Shown: piece by piece, positions 55,181 to 64,000 of the stretch
How positions within the stretch are numbered: position 1 is the stretch's first letter
Layout of the letters: each line of letters opens with the position of its first letter
Made by a program: the position numbers and the translations under genes
The notes under the pieces: generated by a model
Seen by the model: the letters and a program-made list of their open reading frames with translations, nothing else
What the model was told of the DNA's origin: nothing
Databases searched by the model: none
Origin: Octopus vulgaris
Lineage: Eukaryota
Assembly: GCA_951406725.2 (NCBI GenBank)
Contig: OX597825.1
Span: 30,380,001-30,444,000 of the forward strand
Direction: 5' to 3'
DNA length: 64,000 nt

Positions 55181-55700
55181 ACTGTTGTTTTTTACTGTTT
55201 TTACTTTTTTATTGTTTTTACTGTTTTGTTCTCACTATCCTGTTTCTGTTACTACTTTCACTCTCTGCAAATAAATCCCCAATTTTATTTAATTTGTTTT
55301 GCGGGAAGGACTGTTTCAATGATGTCGCGTCTTGTCCTTGCCTTCGAAACATGGTGTAGTTGAAACAGGGACAACTGAAGAAGGGGAATATTCTTTATGC
55401 TGTATGTCTCCTTTCTCTGTTTTTCGTTCTTTGAAAAAAAGGTTGTTTCTATGTTTTTGTTTTTATGTTTTCGTTTCTCATTGTGTTCAACGTTTTTTTT
55501 TTGATGTCCTGTACCCATATATGCATGTATATATACATATATATGTAGGTATGTACATATGTGTATGTATATATGCATATATTTATATATTATTTATATT
55601 ATTATATGATCGAATGCCACGCATATAAGTTTTATATATATATAATGTATGTATATATATATGTGTAAATATATTTACATATATATATATATATATATAT

Positions 55701-55998
55701 AATATTAATTAGAGACAAAACCACTATTTTGCAAAACAAACAAGGAAAGACTTAATCAATACATAAAATTTTAATAAAAAGTAAAAAAACCGCCACAAAA
55801 AATTCCACGTAAACACGTTTAGATCGGAAATCCACCTGAAGATTGTCATTGAAGACATGAAACAATTGTAAATAGAAACTTCGTGTTTACGTGGAATTTT
55901 TTGTGGCGGTTTTTTTACTTTTTATTAAAATGTTATGTATTGATTAAGTCTTTCCTTGTTTGTTTTGCAAAATAGTGGTTTTGTCTCTAATTAATATT
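55701..55998. repeat. Near-perfect inverted repeat with 117-bp arms and a 64-bp loop containing a hammerhead-like core
   Basis: 55701-55817 pairs with 55882-55998 with one mismatch seen; loop contains CTGAAGA-tTGTC..GACAt-GAAA-CAATTG-TA. Confidence 0.92.
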
Positions 55999-56079
55999 AT
56001 ATAATATTTTACTATAAAATTGGATTTAATCCTAAATCTGATTTTTTTCCCTGTAAATTTGGATTTATTCCCTAATATT

Positions 56080-56128
<49 letters not shown>

Positions 56129-56204
56129 CATATATATATGTGAGCACCACCAGCAAAAATATTTTTTCCTCTGTCTTCCCTTCTTGGGATCTTTTCTTCT
56201 CCTT

Positions 56205-56239
56205 GTTTCCGACGAAGAGCTCCGCTCGAAACGTTAAAC
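56205..56239 (+). ncRNA. Candidate minimal type I hammerhead ribozyme in a Penelope-like repeat (56140-56350)
   Basis: GTTT-CCGACGA-A-GAGC-tcc-GCTC-GAA-ACGT-T-AAAC: stem I GTTT/AAAC, stem II GAGC/GCTC, palindromic stem III ACGT; U4C variant. Confidence 0.6.
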
Positions 56240-57029
56240 CCTCCTTCCCTTCTTTCCTGAGCGTCAATAATACTTTAATTGTTCCACGTCCTCACGTTGC
56301 TGTGTTTTTTATCTCTTTTTTTCTGTGTTTTCTTGTTTGGATTAACTTTATATACATATATATGTACATATACAATTACATATGTATGCATTTGAAAAAT
56401 CATGATTGTGAGAGTGTGTCTGAGTTTGTGTGTCTGCGTGTTTGTTTACATTTGTGCTTCACTGAAAATGTCCCAGTTGCAAGTGTTTATGCTTTTTCAT
56501 GGTCCCCTATCAAGAAATCCTCTGTTCACTTCGTGCCTCTGATGAATGACATGTAAGATAAAAGATTCCTTACTTAAAAAAACAGTTGAATGTTATTGAC
56601 AAGAAAGGCATCCAGTAGCAAAATGATGCTTCAGTAAGTCACTTATCTAACCCATACTAGTACAGAAAAACAGATGTAACAATGATGGAGTAAACACATG
56701 ATAAATCTAAATGCCAAGCAACAAGTTTATTAAAAAGTTATGTGTGTGAAAACTGAAAATCCTCTCATATTTACACCTGTAAAATATATTTACTCTTAGT
56801 TGGAAATATAAATGTTAAGATTATAATCCTAAATGATATATTTAGCAAGCCATAGGCAACAACAACTCCATAATATGTTTCCTGTTGGCCCATCCTTTAG
56901 TCAGAAGCACAGCAGCCACTTGACTGCCTGACAGTAAAATGGAGTAAATATTAATAAATGAACATTATTTACAAGCCACAAATGTAATTTTCTGAAAAAA
57001 TAATATTCTATATATATATATGTGTATGC

Positions 57030-57064
<35 letters not shown>

Positions 57065-57075
57065 TAAATAAATAA

Positions 57076-57144
<69 letters not shown>

Positions 57145-57466
57145 TCTCAATGCAGTGAGTAACTTTTGCAACTCATATATATGTAAAGTTAAGGAAAAAA
57201 ACTAAATTTTAACTCTTCTGGAATCAAACGACATGAAACTATGGTACAAGCTTTGTCTTTGAAAAAGATTTAAATTATAACCTGCCATTAAAATTTCTTG
57301 ATAATTTATGTCTCCAACACAAGTTTAATAATGACAAATTTACTAAATTCCTCATTATTTTCCAAATTTCTTAAAAGCTTCATTGTATTTTCATTTGACT
57401 CATCAAAGCATGGAAAAGTAGACCTTAAAATAATGATACAATATCACACAATGCTTAACCCTATTA

Positions 57467-58360
57467 TATTGGGTTGAAGAATAAATCATGAGCGTTTTTT
57501 TTTTTTTTCAAATTTAAAAATGCATGCAGAAATAAAATGTGTAAGCAAAAATGTTCGATGTTATCTGAAAGAAAACTTTTTGCTCTACAAGACAGTGTGT
57601 TTTGATTTTTTAAAAATTTAAATTAATTTTTGTGTATTTTCAGATCTTTAAAATGGAATGTCGTAGACAAAACTGAGCATTTTTGACACCATTTGCTTTT
57701 TGCATTTAATCATGAGATTTGTGCTGTGTATGGAGAAGGAGCAATGCCTCAAAGTACTGCCCACCATTGGTTTCCGTGCTTCAAAAATGGGAATTTTAAC
57801 CTCAAGGACAGATCACTCACCAGTCAACCAACTGAGTTTGATGAACCTTGCCCACTGAGAGAAGGTGGTTCATGACAGGTTTTTGTTCACAATCCATCTA
57901 CTCCACCAATTGTCTGGTCATTTGACGTGGATTTTCTTGAGGAAGTTGATTCAATCAGTTTTCATCAATCTCAATTGATCAACTGGTGTGTGATCCGTCC
58001 TTCAGGTTAAAATTCCCACTTTTGAAGCATGAAAACCAATGGCAGACAGTACTTTGAGACATTGCTCCTTCTCCATACACAGCAGAAATCTCATGAGCAG
58101 CTATGGTGGGGTCAACACCTTGATTAAATACAAAAAGCAAATGGTGTCGAAAATGCTCAGTTTTGTCCACTTGACGTTCCATTTTAATGATCTGAAAATA
58201 CACAAAAATCAATTAAATTTTAAAAGTTCAAAACACACCATCTTGTAGAGCAAAAAGTTCTCTTTCAAACAACATAGAACATTTTACCAATGCATTTTAT
58301 ATCTGCGTGCATTTTTAAATTTGGAAAAAATGCTGATGAATCATTCCTCAGCCCATAATA
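57467..58360. mobile_element. Mariner-derived foldback element made of two inverted 5' halves
   Basis: Arms at about 57467-57845 and about 57960-58360 both encode a Mos1/SETMAR-type HTH (EHFRHHLLF..AAHEISAVYGEGAMSQSTVCHWFSCFKSGNFNLKD); ends tattgggttgaagaat / attcctcagcccataata. Confidence 0.85.
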
Positions 58361-58387
58361 TGTATAACAAATATATATATATATATA

Positions 58388-58810
58388 GGTGCAAGCATAA
58401 CTGCGTGCTAAGAATTTTGTTCACATGGGTTCAGGTTCACTTTCACTGAGCAAAACCTTTGGCAAATGTCTTCTACTATAGACCCATGCCCACTAAAACC
58501 TTGTCAGTAAGTTTAGTAGAAGGAAACTGAAAGAAGTCTATTGTATGTCTGTATGTCTATATTTATGTATGAATGTGTGTGTGTGTGTGTGTGTGTGTGC
58601 ATGCATGTCTTCCACCACTGCTTATAAACCAGTGTTGGTTTGATCACATCCCTGCCACTTAAGAGTTTGGCAAAAGAGACTGATAGAATAAGTGTCAGAC
58701 TTTTAAAAATCAGTAAGTGCTTAGGTTGATTTGCTTGTTGTGACAGTACCTTGAAGGTGATACCCCAGTATGGCCACAGTTCAGTGACTGAAACAAATGA
58801 GAGATGAAAG
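58388..58810 (+). mobile_element. Old SINE family B copy
   Basis: Diverged but collinear with 62283-62689. Confidence 0.75.
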
Positions 58811-60033
58811 ATATATATGCAAGTAGGTATGTGTCTATGTGTGTATTTTATGCATGTGTGTGTGTGTGTATTATGTGTATGTGTTTCCTTGACTTTGCAT
58901 TCTGTGACAGTTGTAAGCAAGCTTTATGATTCTACAAACAGCCTTCCATGAAATGAAAATATATATGGCCAAGGGGAATTAGCTCACTTGTAGACAGCTG
59001 AGGGTTGGTACCAAGAAGGGCGACCAGCCATCAAAAGATCAGCTTCAACAAGTTCCATCTGACACATTGCAAAAAATTTCTAAAATGTTTGTTAAAACAA
59101 CAATGATGACATTTACAGTCACCTATGACTATATAACCCAGTGTAAGTAATCTTATTTCAGAATGATAGGGTGCAGCTTGATGGAGATTTGTTTGCTATT
59201 TCTAGCAGGTCATGCAGCCATACAAAGTTTTTCCTGGTTGGTTCATATTGTACATGTGCTTTCAATATACTGAAGTTGATTCAGTTAGCTACACCCATTT
59301 CCTCTAATAAAAATTAGTGTTGTGTCGTATCAAAAGAAATCAATAATTTGTCTATATGCCTTGTTACATTATTAAACAGCTGTACTGAATGTAATTAAAA
59401 TTCTCTGCTGTATTACAGTAGACATTAATAAACATCTCTTCATAGTCTCTATGGTGCGACCAGCGCTGATCCATTCTTTACAGTGATGTCACTTCCTTTG
59501 TGCCAGGCTTGTTAAATCCTTTCTTTTATGGTTCCTTAACCCTAACAGACCAACCAATTTTGTTTATCTAGTAATTTGCGAATAACAATGGCACAGAGAG
59601 CGAGAGAGCGAGAGAGCGAGAGAGACGGAAAGGCAGATGTCAAGAGTGACAGAGAAAGTAACAGAGAGAGAGAGAAAGAGAAAGAGAGAGAAAGGAAATA
59701 GAACCTCATGATTCCTTTGCGGCCTCGCATGATCAAATAGGTTAAATACTATGTTAGTATATGCTTCATTAAATTTATTAGGAGTTAATATCATGCGGAA
59801 ACACACAGATGACTGAGTTAATAAGATGCAGCTGAAAGGTTGGAAGTTCATATCTTGTCTCCCCAACATTGTATTATGAACATGAAGTGATACAGTGGGG
59901 GTTAGATCTTAATATAGCAACTATAATGTAGTCCTAAACACAATGATTTGCCTTCTTTCATTTGTTGTTTGTTATCTTTTTAAACATCCGTTTTTTTTCT
60001 ATGCTAGAATGGGTTAGAGGAGTGTATGTATAT

Positions 60034-60098
<65 letters not shown>

Positions 60099-60105
60099 GA
60101 TAATG

Positions 60106-60162
<57 letters not shown>

Positions 60163-60420
60163 GTAATAATAATAATGGTAGTAATGGTAATGATTTCATT
60201 TATCTATGTATAATGATTTCATTTATAATAACAAGGGATTAATGAATTCAGGCAGATATCTATAAAGCACTCAGTGCTAAATGAATTTAGTTAACTATCT
60301 CCAGCAATCAGACACCAAAATGTTCAAATAGAATTAACATCCGAGGTAATTCATAATCTATGACAAGTAAAACTATATATATATATACACATACACATAT
60401 ATGTGTATATATATGCATAT

Positions 60421-60467
<47 letters not shown>

Positions 60468-60644
60468 TACATATATATATATGCATGTATATATATATAT
60501 GCATATATATATATATATACATATATATGTATGTATGTGTTTGTTTATATATAGTTGAAATTTATAGAAAACAAAAGATGAGGAAAGGTGTATGAACAAT
60601 AAGTAAGTGTATTAGTTTGACGCTCATAAAAAATAAAAAAAAGT

Positions 60645-60680
60645 CTTCTATGTTTCGAGCCTACGCTCTTCAACAGAAAG
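60645..60680 (-). ncRNA. Hammerhead-like motif in a Penelope-like repeat (about 60560-60714)
   Basis: CTTT-CTGTTGA-A-GAGC-gtag-GCTC-GAAAC-ATA-GAAG; core has an A6U change. Confidence 0.5.
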
Positions 60681-60716
60681 GAATAAAAGGAAATAGAGAG
60701 AGAATGAAAATGTATA

Positions 60717-61982
60717 CAGGGTACATAAGGTATTTGAGGACATACCATTTTTGGGGTCATTGCTACACTTTTTGCTAACTCTGTATAATCTTTGTTTCAG
60801 AAAATATTTATGGCAGACCTTCAGCTTATTCAAGAAATGAAGAGGAATGCTGTTATTGTGGTTATAAAGGCTGAGCATAGTGATTTAGAAATATCTTGAT
60901 TTTTTAAAAGTTGCTAGAACTTTCATCTATAAAGTTTGTAAGGAGCTAGAGACTGAAGATGGAAATGCATCACCAGTATCAAAGCATAAAAAGCATTCTA
61001 GATGCTCTGAGATCATCAGAACACCTGAATTTATCTAGCAAGTTCAACAGACTGTTGATTACAATCCCAGAAAGTCCATGAGGTCAAGTGCAAAAGATCT
61101 CCATGTGTTAGAAGGAACAGTCAGAAATGTTGTCCATGAAGACATCAGATATAAGTCTTATATGATGAGGAAAGGTCAATTTGTCAGCAAAAGCAAATGA
61201 AAATCATTATATCAGATCTAAAAGGCTCTTAAACAGACTGAAAAATCCAGCAGATGAAGATTTGATTTGGTTTTTCTCAAACAAGAAAAACTTCGACCAA
61301 GATCAAAAAGTTAACAGAAGAAATGACAGATGGTTATGTGCAGACCCTTCTGAAGTTCCAAGTATTATGCATACAAAATTTCCTGCATCTGTCAGGATTT
61401 TAGGGGTTGTCAGCAATGAAGGACATGTGATGCCTCTTTACTTCTTTCCACAAAGCCTTGGAGTTAACTCTGCCACCTACATTGAGGTTCTGAAAGTAAT
61501 TGTTAAGCCCTGGATAGACAGTGTATGCAGTGGAAGGTCATATGTATTTCAGTAAGATTCTGCACTATCACACATGGCTCTCGTAATGCAGGAATGGATG
61601 GCTGAAAATTTTCATGATCACATAACCCCTAACATTTGGCCCCCTAATTCCCCAGATCTCATTCTGTTGGACTATTAAATATGGAATGTTGTTGAGAGAG
61701 AGGTTGATGAACATGCCCATAACTTCAAAGATTCTTTGAAAGCTACCATAGTCACAGTAATGTCCATAATGAACCAGGACCACTTGATTCGAGCATGTAG
61801 ATGATTTAGATCTCATATAGAAACAGTTGTTGAAGCTGAAGGTGGCTTTATTGAATAATATTATAGAAAAGAAGTTATATTTTTATCCTCATAGTATTTT
61901 TTAATAAATATATTTATTATCTGTTATTATATATCGGATTTTTATAAACATAAATCTGTCCTCAAATATCTTATGCTCCCTG
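60717..61982 (+). mobile_element. Full-length, inactivated DD37D/maT Tc1-mariner transposon
   Basis: 26-bp TIRs cagggtacataaggtatttgaggaca / tgtcctcaaatatcttatgctccctg; TA on the left; transposase relic inside. Confidence 0.92.
60837..61857 (+). pseudogene. DD37D transposase pseudogene
   Basis: MKRNAVIV...WFFSNKKNF...YVFQ*DSALSH-(37 residues between the Asp residues)-SPDLILLDY...EAEGGFIE*; several stops and frameshifts; first catalytic D appears as N. Confidence 0.88.
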
Positions 61983-62282
61983 TGTATATATATTACTGAG
62001 GCATTGTTTTATAGCAAATGCTTTTCATATAACTATGCCTCACTAGATTTTAATTTTTCAAGTATGGGATTCTTTCTTCCACTTGTATTTAAAAGTACAG
62101 AGACAGCAATTGATTTGATATCAGAAAAAAGACAAAAGATTCTCTACTTGTAAATGTCAGAGCTTGTTCATGCTTAGTATGCAGTTTGTAATCATTCATG
62201 GATACACTTGCACACAAACACACACATACATACATTTGTGTTTATCTGTGTGGTTAAGAAGCTTTGTTTTTGCAACCAGTTA

Positions 62283-62689
62283 GGCGCAGGAGTGGCTGTG
62301 TGGAAAGTAGCTTTCTTACCAACCACATGGTTCCAGGTTCAGTCCCACTGTGTGGCATCTTGGGCAAGTGTCATCTGCTATAGTCTCGGGCTGACCAATG
62401 CCTTGTGAATGGATTTGGTAGATGGAAACTGAAAGAAGCCTGTCGTATATATGTATATATATATATGTATTTGTGTGTATGTTTGTGTGTCTGTGTTTGT
62501 CCCCCTAGCATTGCTTGACAATCGATGCTGGTGTGTTTACATCCCCGTCACTTAGCAGTTCGGCAAAAGAGACCGATAGAATAAGTACTGGGCTTACAAA
62601 GAATAAGTCCTGGGGTCGATTTGACGACTAAAGGCAGTGCTCCAGCATGGCTGTGGTCAAATGACTGAAACAAGTAAAAGAGTAAAGAG
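62283..62689 (+). mobile_element. SINE family B, full length, nested in an older B head
   Basis: GGCGCAGGAGTGGCTGTGTGG...GGTTCAGTCCC head; gactgaaacaagtaaaagag tail. Confidence 0.9.
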
Positions 62690-63093
62690 TTAATCTCAAG
62701 TTCAATCCTATTGCACTATACCTTGGGTAAGGGTTTTCTGCTTTAACCCCATGCTGACCAGTGCTTGAGAGCGAATTTGGTAGGCAGTAAATCAGATGGC
62801 CTCAAGATTATTGATTATATGATACACAAGAGATTATATAAAATATAACTGGTGTACCTTACATGGAAATTGGAAAAAAATTACTGAAGCATTGGACATA
62901 GAAAGTTTAAAATAATTAGTGGAGTTATTGCATGAAAAATGTTTCAAAAACTGTTTTAAATTTAGAGAAAAAAAGGAAGAAAAAATATTGTCTAAGTTGT
63001 TTTATTAATGATAATTATGTGTAACAAAATTATGAATAATACATTTTTCAAGATGTCAAAAAAAAGAAAAATTTTCTAAAACTTTAATTTACC

Positions 63094-63324
63094 TATTTCT
63101 TTACTACCCACAAGGGGCTAAACACAGAGAGGACAAACAAGGACAGACAAACGGATTCAGTCGATTATATCGCCCCCAGTGTGTAACTGGTACTTATTTA
63201 ATCTACCCCAAAAGGATGAAAGGCAAAGTCGACCTCAGCAGAATTTGAACTCAGAACCTAACGGCAGATGAAATATGGCTGCGCATTTCACCCAGTGTAC
63301 TAATGTTTCTGCTAACTCACTGCC
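63094..63324 (-). mobile_element. SINE family A (tail type 1) with 10-bp TSD
   Basis: ttaatttacc at 63084-63093 and 63325-63334. Confidence 0.9.
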
Positions 63325-64000
63325 TTAATTTACCATCATCACTAAACTACTACTCCTCCTCGTCCTCCTCCTCCTCATCATCATCATCCTCATCCTCATC
63401 ATTTAATGTCCAGTCTTCATGTTGACATAGGTTGGACAGTTTGACAGGCTTTGATGAGTTGGAGGACTGCTTCATGCTCCAGTATTTATTTTTGCATGGT
63501 TTCTACAGACGGATGGCTCTCACAATGCCAACACCTTTACAGAGTATCCTAGGTGTTTTTTTATGCCACAAGCATTAGGAATAATCGCTGTTTAACTTGC
63601 AAGAATAAGGGTCTTAAAATGTTTCTATAACTGAGGAAAAAGATAAAAGAGAATGATGATCCTACAGCCTTCATTTGTCAATTTTTAAAATGGATTTTCC
63701 TGAATTCACAGCTAAAATATTTCAAACACATATGATCCTTTTTAAAAGGTATTTTAGGAAAAGATACAAAACTACATGAGACATAGTGTTACGCATAAAG
63801 CTGCTTGGGGTTTCATTGAATATATGAGCTTCTGAAATTCTAATAAAAGAGATAGGCCTTCTTTTGTTTAACATGATGACAAGGTTAACGATTTCTCATC
63901 TTCTCCATTGTTTTAATGCCTACTTTTCAAGATTTGCCTGGGCCAAACGAGAGTAAGTGGAAGTAGTGTATTCAATACTACCACTAACCTCCACTTGTTT

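Noticed and set aside
61181-61555. Active transposase CDS
   Set aside because: Only a fragment between a frameshift and a stop; first catalytic Asp altered

Overview
This is eukaryotic, AT-rich DNA saturated with repeats. I found no host protein-coding exon, rRNA, intact tRNA or CRISPR array that I can support. Almost all ORFs in the supplied track are translations of microsatellites ((TA)n, (CA)n, (TAA)n, (CAT)n, (TACA)n, (GAA)n) or of SINEs. The repeat content suggests a coleoid cephalopod (Octopus-like) intronic or intergenic region; this is inference only. Recognisable content: (1) dozens of copies of at least five SINE-like families, called A-E here, several with target-site duplications (TSDs); (2) decayed non-LTR retrotransposons (R4/Dong-like with RT and REL endonuclease, RTE-like, Tx1/L1-like); (3) DNA transposon relics (a full-length DD37D/maT Tc1-mariner, a second maT fragment, a rosa-like fragment, a mariner foldback element, a pogo fragment, a Helitron/Helentron Rep fragment); (4) several short Penelope-like terminal-repeat relics carrying minimal hammerhead-ribozyme motifs, often as inverted repeats. 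The most interesting signals are a tRNA-headed element with a hammerhead-bearing tail, a 117-bp near-perfect palindrome with a hammerhead core in its loop, a 19-bp reiterated element terminus, and a SINE family with two alternative 3' tails, one matching a Tx1-like LINE end in this window. All calls were made by eye, and boundaries are approximate unless a TSD or TIR is quoted.
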